Positions 1 through 11,966 of a stretch of DNA of 64,000 nucleotides are shown here, piece after piece. Location of the stretch: assembly GCA_951406725.2 (NCBI GenBank), contig OX597816.1, positions 79,050,001 to 79,114,000 of the forward strand. The letters are read 5' to 3'. Position 1 is the first letter of the stretch; the number at the start of each line of letters is the position of its first letter. Made by a program: the position numbers and the translations under genes. The notes under the pieces were generated by a model, which did no database searches, was not told where the DNA came from, and was given only the letters and a program-made list of their open reading frames with translations. The DNA comes from Octopus vulgaris. Its lineage: Eukaryota.

Positions 1-59
1 TTGCTGGGTTGGGAAAAAGAGGAAGTACCCATGGTATCTGTGGTTCTTCCAAGACCAAA

Positions 60-370
60 GAGATTCAAGCCATTACTCTGTTTGCTTTTGTTTGTTTTTA
101 TTTGAGAAAACAAACATGTGCAGGATAACCATCAGTAGAAAGGAAATTTCAGAAGGCTGATGTCTTGGAGAGGAAGGACTGAGCAATGTGGTTAGTACAG
201 AACCTGGCAGAGTTGGACATTACATGGGTGATGAAAGGATGGATGGGTTGGGACTGCTTGAGTTGAGGTGGCATGAGACCATATTGTTCTGAGGAACAGG
301 CTACTATAGTGGTGGTATCAAAAGTAGAGAGAGACGACCACATGTTTGCAGGCCAGTGGCTAGAGTAAGA
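60..370 (-). mobile_element. Degraded 3' end of a CR1/Jockey-like LINE
   Basis: ORF 149..343 ends HPF...NHIAQSFLSKTSAF, resembling the SFFPRT..LWN.LP terminus of CR1-group ORF2. Confidence 0.45.
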
Positions 371-381
371 CTCTGAGTAAT

Positions 382-600
382 ATAATCCTTTCTACTCTAG
401 GCACAAGGCCTGAAGTTTGAGGGGAGGGCTAAGTTGATTACCTCGACCCCAGTGCTCAACTGGTACTTAATTTATCAATCCCAAAAGGATGAAAGGCAAA
501 GTCGGCCTCAGTAGAATTTGAACTCAGAATGTGAAGATGGGTGAAATGCCACTAAGCATTTTGCTTGGTATTCTAGTGATTCAGCCAGCTTGCTGCCTTA
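382..600 (-). mobile_element. tRNA-derived SINE with Nin-like central domain
   Basis: Reverse strand has A-box-like gctggctgaatc, B-box gagttcaaattc, then gcctttcatccttttgggattgataaattaagtacca. Decayed relatives near 7860-8010, 21260-21410 and 45560-45750. Confidence 0.7.
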
Positions 601-829
601 CTCTGAAGTAATGTGAAGAAGTTGAGTGACTTTTCCTTGGATGCAATCTAGGATGTTTGTGTATGCAATAGTAATACTGTCCCAGATGTGAGAACAGCAC
701 ATTCCACAACAAAAGATTTAAGGCCATTTTCCTTCATAAAACTGGAGTTGGCTTAATGTGTCCAATGATAATCTTTCCATTTTGTTTCATTGCCTTCATT
801 TTCCCTCACTAATACCCTTGCCCTCATTT

Positions 830-3800
830 CCTCTGCATTAATCTTTAACAATGTCTGTTTTGTTCTTCCACTTTCCTCTGACTCCCTCCACATTCGTTTC
901 CATCAATCCTCTCACTTAGTCACTTTCATCCATCCCCAGCATATGACCTAGTCAATTTTCTTTACAGCATCCATCACTAACTATATTCCTATTATCTACA
1001 CTTAATTTGGTTGCATTCTTCTCTATTAGTGGTACTCAGTTCATCTACCAAACCATTCTAAGTTCTTTTCTTTCCAACCTTCTGTGCTACTTCACATTTA
1101 TACAGGTCCCATAAATCATAACACTTGTTCCCATAAATCATAGTACTTCTTACTCATGATACATAAACCTCTCCATTTATTTTCAGTGGTACCCATCTTT
1201 TCATTACCATACAACTCACTTTCAGGAATGTCATCCATGTACATCCCACTCTAGCCATCATTGCCATTTGAAAGGTCTGAGGTAACCAAATGCTTTCTCA
1301 CCTTTCATCTTCATACCATTTTCAAACCCAGTTCAACTTACCCTCTAACTACAGCTCTCTCTATGCATATACTTAAATATAACTACCACATTAATCAATT
1401 TTCAATGAATTCACTCAGTGGATAGGGTACACTTAAAAGAGTTCCAACACCCTTTATGCATGCTGCACATGGTCTTTTCATCTCATCACATGCTTCCCCA
1501 CTTGCTAGTACCTATCCTTACAACTATGCACACTGTCTCATACACTGTCATCCCTGCTCTAAGCAATCCTTCCTATACTTTTTAACTCTCTTAATGCCCC
1601 AGTCACTATTTTGTGTGAAATCCTATCAAAAACCTCCTCCAGCCTAGAAACATTTTCTCTTTTAATTGCCTCACAATACTTAAAAAGAAAAGTACAATAG
1701 TTGTTCCTCTTTCTGATGTAAATGACCCAGCTTTTAACAAATAAACAGAACATTAATGACATTAAAGTCACTAATCTTCAAGAGCTGGTGAAAGAGATAG
1801 GCATTATCCCTTCCTGTAAATCTAACATATAAAAAGAAGATAAAAGCCTGTTTTTCATTACACTTCACTTCCTGTCTCATTCTCTTGATTACTAACTCTC
1901 ATCTAACTTCATTCCATGCTCCATTAGATTAATTGCTCTAAATGAGCCACAGACTTAAGAATCACTTTTCTCATGAACAGAACAATTCTCAGAATATGAC
2001 TTTTTCCCCAACCAGCCTATAAATCTCAGTAATTTTCTTCATACTTTAACTTTCCACAAGTTTTAACATACTTTCCAGAACTTTTCTCAGATCTCCTGCT
2101 TTTCAGTTTTTCAATTCTCTTATTAATTTCTCAAATACTTTTTCTATTATTTCCTCTACCATTCCAAAAAGTGAATAGCTCTCTATGCTTTCATCCAATT
2201 GATTTCTCAAGTTGAACAGCTTCCCCACATATCCTTTTAATTTTCCCTTAGTTCCATCTTAGGTCACAATTTATTCCACTTCATCCTTCAAGCAGCTCAC
2301 TCTTGTCACATTGCATCTCTCTCTGGTTGTTTTGCAATCTTAAATACCTCTCTCTGACCTTGCTCTCAATCTATATGTACTCTCTCTCTTTTACTTGTTT
2401 CAGTCATTTGACTGTGGCCATGCTGGAGCACCACCTTTAATCGAGCAACTCGACCCCGGGACTTATTTGTTTGTAAGCCCAGTACTTATTCTATCGGTCT
2501 CTTTTGCCGGACCGCTAAGTAACGGGGACATAAACACACCAGCATCGGTTGTCAAGCAATGCTAGGGGGACAAACACAGACACACAAACACACACACGCA
2601 TATATATATATATATACATATATACGACGGGCTTCTTTCAGTTTCCGTCTACCAAATCCACTCACAAGGCTTTGGTCAGCCCAAGGCTATAGTAGAAGAC
2701 ACTTGCCCAAGGTGCCACGCAGTGGGACTGAACCTGGAACCCTGTGGTTGGTAAACAAGCTACTTACCACACAGCCACTCCTGCGCCTATGAATATTTTT
2801 TAATGTACTTCTTTCTTTATAGCCTTTTTGCTGCTTTGTAACTTTCATGAGGTGTATCCTCTGCTACTGATATCCCATAACCTCTGCCATTCTCTGAACC
2901 TCTTCCCCTTGTCATCATCTTATCACCATCTTTCTGAGTGTCTTGGCGAGTCTCTTGTTCATCCATACACACCATCACTACTTACTAAAAATTATCCTTC
3001 AGTGACCTCTAACCATTTTCATGTTCAATGATTTCACCCTCAACTGTACTCAGCTTCTCATTTAAAGCCTCTCTCATTCTCACTCCTTTCAGTCTGACAC
3101 TTTTATCTTTAATTGGTACTTCATCTGCTGAGCTCTCCTCCTTTTCTTACTCTGATGTCATACAAACTATATGATGCCTCCTCTCCTGGGATTACATTTG
3201 TACCTGTATTCTGAAGATTTCACCTGTCTCATTACATATGTGCCTTCAAGTTATCAACAAGTGACATCAACCAAACTGATGTATTAAATATGTGTATTAT
3301 CTGCTTTCTTAAAGAGAAAATATAACAGATTAATAACTCTATCAACACATTCCAAAACTCTTTCATCCATACCATCCCTTACACCATATTTGTAATCCCT
3401 ATAATCTTTCTCCAAGCCATGCTAATTTTCACATTCATTCAAGTCCCTTCCAACTACAATAACTTCCTCATCTTTCATATTTTCTCTCAGTTTCTCTATC
3501 AAATACCAAATCCATCCTCTTCAAAACTCTGAAATAATGTTCAGCAAGATCTTTCCAATCACCATTATCACCAACATTAGCTTTTCATTTGTTTTTATCA
3601 AAGCCACCACACTATCTACAAAATCTACATAAATCTAGGCACAAAATCCATATACATCATTTGGACAACCTCACTACCTAAATTCGTACTTCTGTCCTTG
3701 CCTTTCCCTCTTCACTCTCAAACAACTTCATTTCGATCTTTTGACAACATGATACCAACTTTCTTTTGATCAATGTGTCATCCACCTTCTCTGATCTCTC

Positions 3801-4070
3801 TGTCATCTTTCCTACATCCCATGTCCCAAATTTCAGGTGTCAATCTTTACAAGGGACCATCATAAAATGAGCTAATTTCTCCCTTGCTTTGACTATGTTC
3901 TCCAATTTGAGCTTGAGAAAAGGAAATGAGGATCTGCACAGAGTACATTGGATCATGAGCAACCCATATGTAATCACTCATCATGGGGTTCTTTTTGAGG
4001 CAGTGTTTTGCAGCTTGTTGCCCTTCCTGATTGTGACCCTTTTAACCACCTCTTATGATATGTTGCAATA
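830..4070 (-). mobile_element. Old, near full-length RTE-clade LINE remnant
   Basis: Minus strand near 3835 reads LKFGTWDVGKMTERSEKV (APE start, cf. GTWNVGTMTGRS). GHMLGMDE near 940 (cf. WYGHV.RM.E). Many stops. Interrupted by a SINE at 2380-2790. Confidence 0.65.
2380..2790 (-). mobile_element. Abundant tRNA-derived SINE (about 410 bp, internal CA/TA microsatellite)
   Basis: Head aggcgcaggagtggctgtgtggtaag...ggttcagtccc and purine-rich tail. Closely similar to copies at 40945-41350 and 57813-58228. Confidence 0.9.
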
Positions 4071-4534
4071 CAGTGTACCTATTCCAAACTGGGATACATG
4101 TAATTTATACTTTTGTTGGTAAGGAAAAAAGAAGTTTCTTTATGATATTACATTGTAATGAAACATACATAGTACCTATACATTCATAAGATGAAATCAT
4201 TTTGAGTATTGTCTACTAAATGTGAAAATATTGTGAAAAAAGATAAGCACAAGGGAATCATGAAAGCACTCTTAATGAGAGTGAATACTAGATAGAGGTA
4301 TAGCTGAGTGGGAAAAAAATGAATTAATGAGAAGAAATGCCTGTAGAAGAAGCTAAATACAGACCTGAAAGGAAATAGCTAAATTAGCACCAAAAATCTT
4401 GAGTTTCATAGAAAAAAATATGCAATATTGATAAGCACTGAGAAATAGTTTATGGCAGACATCTCCAGTACATGTTATCATGGAGATATAAATATTGAAA
4501 TAGCAAATAATTTAAATGTTGAAAGATATTTCAC

Positions 4535-4669
4535 CTTCATATGTTCCTTCTGAATTATCAATTGAGGGTATATTGCCAAACATTCCAGTAGATATCCCCC
4601 ATGCATTTTCTGGGTGACTTTTACAACCACACATATCAGTATCTTCAAAACCACACGAAAAGTATTTTG
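4535..4669 (-). CDS. MAM/LDLa gene exon J: N-terminal part of MAM domain 4 (gene presumably continues left of the window)
   Basis: atttcag acceptor, gtgaaa donor, 135 nt, phase 1/1. SKYFSCGFEDTDMCGCKSHPENAWGISTGMFGNIPSIDNSEGTYE(G) is the classic C-x-FE...CG...W...P-x-x-D...G MAM start. Confidence 0.9.
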
Positions 4670-5542
4670 CTGAAATTCAGAATAAGTTAAGATCAGTAAA
4701 AGAGCAAATAGTGACAATGACAATATTCCTGGTATTTCAATGATCTATCAGTAATCTAATGATTGATTATTGAACTTAGTTTCATTAGTATAAAATTTAT
4801 CTAGCAATTTTACATTTCATTAGTAATATAGATAACAATAGTAGTGGTAGAAAGCTTAAACCATTATTCGAATTAAGCTTTTGAATCTGAACATAGAGAC
4901 ACTTTCTGTGAACATATTTTTGCATGTCAGATCAGATGTAATTTGTTTGTAGAAACAAAGTTTATTGTAGTTAGAAAGAAGTTATGAATTTTATTGTGGA
5001 CTTGAAACCAACCCAGACTCTAAATCTATAAACTGATGTGTTGAGTACAAAGCAAAAATATTTTCCCTCTTGTTTTTTTTATATTTAAAGATATATCTTT
5101 AACTGATAGGTTATCAACATACTTATAAGTGTGAAAAATACATATTTTGAAGCAAACTCATATGAAGCAACTGTGTATTCACAAACTGTACTAAGTGATA
5201 TGACAAGCTAGATAGTGCAACTAATAATGGAGAGAAAGGGAGAGAGAGAGAGGGGGTGGGGGAAAAAAAGAGAGAAAGAGAATGTGGTTTGGTTGTTTGG
5301 TTTCTTAGACATAGCAACAAATTTCTATCAAATCACATTTTCATGTCTTAAAGAAAAGAGGTTCACATTAGAAAATGTAGTATAAATGAATTATATCTGA
5401 ACAAAAAATAAAATGAACAGAGTGGTTCCATCTGATTATAGATTTGTTTGGTCAGATTTACTTGATAAAAAGACCTTGCACCAACTTACTATCACGTTTT
5501 ATAGGTATTAGACAACTTTTTGCAAGGAAGAAACTTCAAATC

Positions 5543-6033
5543 TGCAGCACTCAGACTGATCAAATCTAATCAAACCAGCCAACACATCCCAGCATGGAAA
5601 ATGGATATTAAAAGATGATGACGATGATGATTTGAAGATAGTTATTTATTCTTGACACCAGGTAAGTCAATTACAGTGGATGTATACATCAACCAACTGG
5701 ATGAAATGCAAGGTCTGGTGAATATGGTGGATGACAGAGTACTTCCAAGTTCAGTTCTTGTAATTTGAGTAGTGTTCTTCATGCAACATGTGGTCAAGTA
5801 TGTCTTGCAAGAGAATTGGCCTGTCTCTATTGACCAATTTTGGTTCTTTAATTGCAAATTCACTCATCATTTCATCCAGTTGGTTGATGTATACATCCAC
5901 TGTAATTGACTTACCTGGTGTCAAGAATAAATAACTATCTTCAAATCATCATCGTCATCATCTTTTAATATCCATTTTCCATGCTGGGATGTGTTGGCTG
6001 GTTTTATTAGATTTGATCAGTCTGAGTGCTGCA
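5543..6033. repeat. Near-perfect inverted repeat, 166-bp arms (5543-5708 and 5868-6033)
   Basis: Arms are reverse complements with one mismatch seen by eye. The spacer is mariner-derived. Confidence 0.92.
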
Positions 6034-6511
6034 CCATGTACTAGTGTCTGCTTTGGTATGATTTCTATAGCTGCATGATTCCCCTAATTCCAACTACTTC
6101 ACAGAGTGTTTTGGGTGCTTTTTTTCCTGATATCAGCATTAATGAGGTTACCATACATCTCACAAGACTAAAATCTTTTAATGTACTGAGGCTACTAGAG
6201 AAAAAGATAGATTTTATGCAAGAAGATTACTTCTAACAGTTTGAATCTCGTTTTAATCTGGTCTTTCTCTCTCTCTGTTGCATCATGGATGAGTTTTTGT
6301 CAAAGTTCTTCAACTCAAGATGGCAATACTTTGGCTAATGACACACATGTATCTATTTAAAAGATACTAACTAATAGCCAAATACTATTTCAGTTATCAA
6401 AGATATCTGGTTTAACTAGAACTTTCACAATGAGCTTCAATACTAGCTGTGATACAAGAAGTTTTAATTTTGGTAGTTCAAAGGGAGCTATCATGGGTGT
6501 TAGCAACCATC

Positions 6512-7731
6512 TATCAGGTCATTAAGAATGAAATGTCCAATTTTGAACTGAAAGTTTATTTTACTTTATCTCAACAAACTTAAATTATCAACACAGTTTT
6601 GCCATTTTATTGGTAGCTCTTTTATGCTGGCAGCAAAGAATTCTGGAGAGCAAGAGGTGATGAAATCATGAAAGGCTGTTTTTGCATTTTCTTCAGATTT
6701 GAAGTTTCTTCCTTGTAAAAAGTTGTCTAATACCTATAAAACGTGATAGTAAGTTGGTGCAAGGTCTGGTGAATATGGTGGATGATAGAGTACTTCCAAG
6801 TTCAGTTCTTGTAATTTGAGTAGTGTTCTTCATGCAACATGTGGTCAAGTATGTCTTGCAAGAGAATTGGCCTGTCTCTATTGACCAATTTTGGTTCTTT
6901 AATTGCAAATTCACTCATCATTTCATCCAGTTGGTTGATGTATACATCCACTGTAATTGACTTACCTGGTGTCAAGAATCTGTAGTGGATGACACCAGCA
7001 CTGGACCACCAAATAGACACCATTAGCTTTTTTTGGTGAATATTCTGCTTCGGATTGTGTTTTGGCATGTCATCTCTATCCAGCTATCATACAGAGCGCT
7101 TGCTATTGTTGAAAAGAATCCATTTTTCGTCACATGTAACAATTTGATATAAGAATGGTTCATGTCTATGCCATGACAGCAAAGAACAAGTTTCTAGATG
7201 GTGTGTTTGATGCTCATTCAGTTCATGTGGTACCCACTTGTCCAGTTTCTTTACCTTGCTGATTTGTTTCAGATGGTCGAATACAGTTGGAATCAAAATA
7301 TCAAACCTTGCTGCTAACTCACACATAGTTTGAGATGTATCCGCTTCCACTACAGTTTTCAGCACATCATTATCCACCAGGGCTGATTTTCAAGAGTAAA
7401 GTCACCAGACCAGAACTTCTCAAACCATCAACGTACAGTACATTCATTCACCAGATCTTCACCAAACACCTCACTGATGTTTCAAGCTGTCTTGGATGCA
7501 TTGGTTCCATAATGGAACTCACATTCATAAACAACACGAATTTTTTATCTTGCTATGGTTCACAAAAATTGAGTTACAAGAGAAAAATCATAATATAATC
7601 AGACACTATGAATTGCATTTCGAAGAGTGATGATGTAACTTATCACTTTGTAAAACAAAGAATTGTCCAGATAACAACTGTCAAACTTGATGCATAACAA
7701 AATTGAGCATTTCATTCTTAATGACCTGATA
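6512..7731 (-). mobile_element. Mariner (DD34D-type) transposon, full length, transposase disrupted
   Basis: About 34-bp TIRs tatcaggtcattaagaatgaaatg..caattttg at both ends. Transposase fragments WVPHEL, IVTCDEKW, KKLMVSIWW, PYSPDLAP. Confidence 0.92.
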
Positions 7732-8458
7732 TTTTGTATAACACCAGAGTGACACTAGGAGCCATTATGATCTGTATGGTATACTCTTGACTCTGATGGG
7801 TTCTTTGAGGTTTTGTAAATAGTTTGAGGGATTGGGAGTATCAAGAAAATGATAGACAAAATACTTTATAGTATTGAGTTATATATATTGCTTTACATTC
7901 TTAAGTTAACCTTGCCTTTTATTCTTCTGGGTTCAATAAAATTATCAGTTAAATAGTTAGGTTCATACATTTGTTTATATCCATTAGTCCAAATTTGTGA
8001 CACTGTGCATATGTGAAAAATAAATATTAATGAAAGATTTATGTGTAATGAAGCAAATTATTCATTTTATCTTCTAACTGTAAGTTTTTTCCTGTAATGG
8101 GAAACTTGCATGAATTTGCTAAAATATGAAAGAAAGCTCTTTCAGTGGAGTATAATCATGCATAATTTCATATATTCACATGTAACTATGCGTAATGACA
8201 TAGTTATATACATGCACACACGTTCATATGAGTGCATAATTACTGAAGCAAACAGATCATTTAAACACAATACTTTTGCAAACATCAACGCATACACAAA
8301 TGCATCCACACAAACATGCACAAGTATACACACATACATGTGTAAACACATAGAAAGATATACATACTTATATATAAAAAAAAGCATACTTAAAGCAAAT
8401 TAAAATACTTTAAAAAATTAATTCTTTTTTGAACAAAATGACATTAAGTTTTACTTAC

Positions 8459-8569
8459 AACAATTTGCTTCATCACTGCCAGTAATGCAATTTTCATAAT
8501 TGTTACACAGATTTTTTTCATTGATACATTTTGAATTGTCTAAACAGTTATGGCTATACTTTGGACAAT
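8459..8569 (-). CDS. MAM/LDLa gene exon I: LDL-receptor class A repeat 2
   Basis: caattacag acceptor, gtaagt donor, 111 nt, phase 1/1. NCPKYSHNCLDNSKCINEKNLCNNYENCITGSDEANC has six Cys and GSDE. Confidence 0.9.
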
Positions 8570-8578
8570 CTGTAATTG

Positions 8579-8580
<2 letters not shown>

Positions 8581-8630
<50 letters not shown>

Positions 8631-8631
8631 A

Positions 8632-8700
<69 letters not shown>
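8581..8700 (+). repeat. (AAT)n microsatellite
   Basis: About 40 units with one interruption. Confidence 0.98.
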
Positions 8701-8707
<7 letters not shown>

Positions 8708-11700
8708 CAACAGTAACTGAAGATCTTGCATTTGCTGAAGAACACAGAGAGTCTATAGCAGAAATGAGGCTGAAAATCCTGAATACGCTTGAAGTTGTAA
8801 GACATACAAGTATGAATGATAGAGAACCGCTTCATAAACTCTCAAATACAAACCAAAATAAAAAACAAATCCAAATTGGCAACTATGTAACAAATGAAAT
8901 AATACGAGAATTAAAACCTGATTTTACTGAGTTAAATGAAATTATTTACGCTTCTGCTAGGGCAATTGAAACCAGCTGTATGCCCCCGAAAAAACAAAGA
9001 AAACAAAACCTGGGAAGAAATCAAACCTGGAGAAGTAAAATTGAAAAAGAGATTGAATTTATGAGAGGGGAAATATCAATATTAAATGAACTAATATGTG
9101 GAAATGATGTAAGATCCAGAACAGGAAGAAAGATGAAGAGAAAATTTGGATCCTCACCAAGAGAAGAACTGATATCAATAAAAGAAATGCTGAAACAAAA
9201 AGTCCAAGCAAAAGCCCAAAGAATACGAAGATTTGAGAAGAGAAACAAGTTTTACAAGCAAAATAAGCTGTTCACATCCAATGCCCAAAAATTCTACAGA
9301 GAAATAGGGAAGGAGAAAGTAACCGTTAAAGACCCCCTCCCATGGAAGAAGTTCAAAACTTTTGGAAAAGGATTTGGAGTGACAAGAAGACGTACAACAT
9401 AAATGCAGACTGGATTATACAAACTGAAGGATCCTACCAAAATTTACAACAACAAGCATGGGAAGACATCACAATAGCAGACCTAAGAAAGGCACTCACG
9501 AAGGCCCATAATTGGAAATCCCCCGGTAAAGATAGGGTGCCGAATTTCTGGTTCGCATCGCTCCCGTGCGCACACGGTAAGCTAGTTCAGCTGCTCAATG
9601 GAATTATGAGAGACCCAAAGAAAACACCTGAATGGTTAGCAAGTGGCATTACTTACCTACTCCCAAAGAATAACGAAACCAACCTTCCAAAAAACTATCG
9701 GCCTATAACCTGTCTATCCACCACGTATAAAATCCTAACATCTATCCTGGCGGAGAAAACATGCATTCATGGAGAAGAACGATATTTTCCCCATTGAACA
9801 AAAAGGGTGCCGCCGAGGCTCTTACGGATGCAAAGATCAACTGCTAATCAATCGTATGATCCTTGAGAACTGTCACAACAAGCGCAGAAATCTCAGCACC
9901 GCATGGATTGACTATAAAAAGGCCTTCGACAGTATACCGCATCCATGGATCTTGAGATCGCTGGACATCTTCAAAATTTCCCCTGTGATTTCAAACTTCC
10001 TGAAGCACAATATGTCGTTGTGGAATACGAATCTCCAATTATACCACTCTAATGGAGTACTTGCCTCAGAAAATATAAACATCAACTGTGGAATTTTTCA
10101 AGGTGACTCACTTTCACCTTTAATATTCTGCATAGCCCTAATACCCCTTACAAGTGAATTAAACAGAACAGGGTATGGGTATAAAATTGCCAATAAAAAA
10201 ATAAGCCATCTATTTTATATGGATGACTTAAAACTTTATGGTAAAGACAATAATGAACTTGAAGGCCTATTGCGCACCATGAAATCATTCAGCGATGACA
10301 TCGGGATGGAGTTTGGACTTGAGAAGTGTGCCAAGGCCACTTTCCAGAAAGGGAAAGTGAAGACCACAAATTCAGTCGTGTTAGATGTTGACACAGTCAT
10401 AAGAGAGCTTGAGCAAGAACAAACATACAAATATTTAGGGATAAATGAAGGTTCTGGTATTCAGCATGCAAGCATGAAAGAGAAAATCAGGAAGGAATGT
10501 TATAGGAGAATTCGTGCAGTCCTGAAATCTGAACTAAATGCACGTAACAAGGTGTTAGCTATAAATTCCCTAGCAGTTCCAGTTGTTACTTATAGCTACA
10601 ATGTGTTGAACTGGAATATGAGTGAAGTAAAGAATATAGATAGAAAAATACGCAAGCTGCTGAGTTGTAATAGGATGCACTACCCAAAGGCAGACGTAGA
10701 TCGCCTTTACCTTCCCAGAGCCCAAGGAGGTCGAGGCCTGATCCAATTTGAACTAGCTTACAAAACAACCACAATTGGACTGGCCAAATATCTCGAAATA
10801 TCGAATGACTGGATCCTAAAGCTCGTGGAAAATCACGAGAGACGAAAGAAGCTTCATTCTATCATCAAAGAAAGCAAAAAATTTGCTATTGATCTCGTGC
10901 AGGATACCCAAACTGAACAACCCGAGGGAAGTACGGCAACTATTGTTGCAAAGAAGGTGAAAATGATGGCAATGAAAAAAGCGCACGAGCAATTGGCTGA
11001 TAGGTGGGAGGAGAAACCTCTGCACGGCAAATATGTGACCCGCAGCAAACAAGCTGATGTTGACCAGAAGCAAACCCATCAGTGGCTGCGGAGCTCAGGG
11101 CTAAAAGCAGAGAGCGAAGGTTTCATCCTGGCTGCTCAAGACCAAAGCCTATCAACCCGGAACTACCAGGCCAATGTGATGAAAAATGGAGCAGACCCAA
11201 AATGCCGATTCTGCAACGACATGATTGAAACAGTGGACCACCTAATCTCTGGATGTAAAGTCTTAGCACCAGTGGAGTATAAATTAAGACATGACAGAGT
11301 TGGCCAATATCTCCACTGGCTAATAAGTCGGCATTACAATATCAAAACTGCCGACAAGTGGTATAATCACCACCCTGAGGCTGTAACTGAAGGAGAAAAT
11401 GTAACCATTCTGTGGGACTTTCCAGTACATACAGACCGAACCATCAAGGCCAAATAAACCAGATATTGTTGTGAAAGACCAAAACAATAAAGTTTGCTTA
11501 TTGATCGACATGAGCATCCCCTGTGATCATAATATCTCAGCGAAAGAGTTTGACAAGCTCAGAAAATATAAAGACCTACTCATTGAAATTGAGAAAATGT
11601 GGCATCTCAAGGCGGTTACAATACCAGTGATCGTAGGAGCACTAGGAATGATCAAGAAGGGAACCGAAAATTATATGAGAATGATCCCTGGCTTACCATC

Positions 11701-11945
11701 CCTGCAAGAAGTGCAAAAGATTGTCTTAACTGGTACATCACACGTATTGAGAAGAGCATTGTCGATGTGAGAACTGTTGCTGCTCATGCATTTTAATTTA
11801 ACTAAAAAAAAAAAAAAAAAATGAACGAACTACTGAGTTTGGTTTAATGGCCTACCAATATACACTATGAGTTTCTTTGCCCTAGGAGTCGGGAAGACAC
11901 TCGGCAAGAAATGGAAGAAAATTTGAAAGAAGAAGAAAAAAAAAG
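8701..11945 (+). mobile_element. R4/Dong-clade non-LTR retrotransposon (RT, CCHC finger, restriction-like endonuclease), 5'-truncated
   Basis: ORFs 8500..9402, 9342..9797, 9769..11457, 11471..11770: NYRPITCL, WIDYKKAFDS, GIFQGDSLSP, YMDD, CRFC..H..C, RHD, (N)KPDIV..LLIDMSIP, K..KY. Flanked by (TAA)n on both sides. Confidence 0.92.
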
Positions 11946-11966
11946 TAATAATAATAATAATAATAA

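Noticed and set aside
2559-2792. Recurrent ORF ending RRASFSFRLPNPLTRLWSA...LLTTQPLL (also 40914..41366 and 57692..58051)
   Set aside because: Antisense reading of a multicopy SINE, not a protein family.
8500-8835. Poly-Asn, poly-Tyr and poly-Ile ORFs
   Set aside because: These are translations of the (AAT)n microsatellite. The poly-N ORF simply reads through into the truncated Dong ORF.
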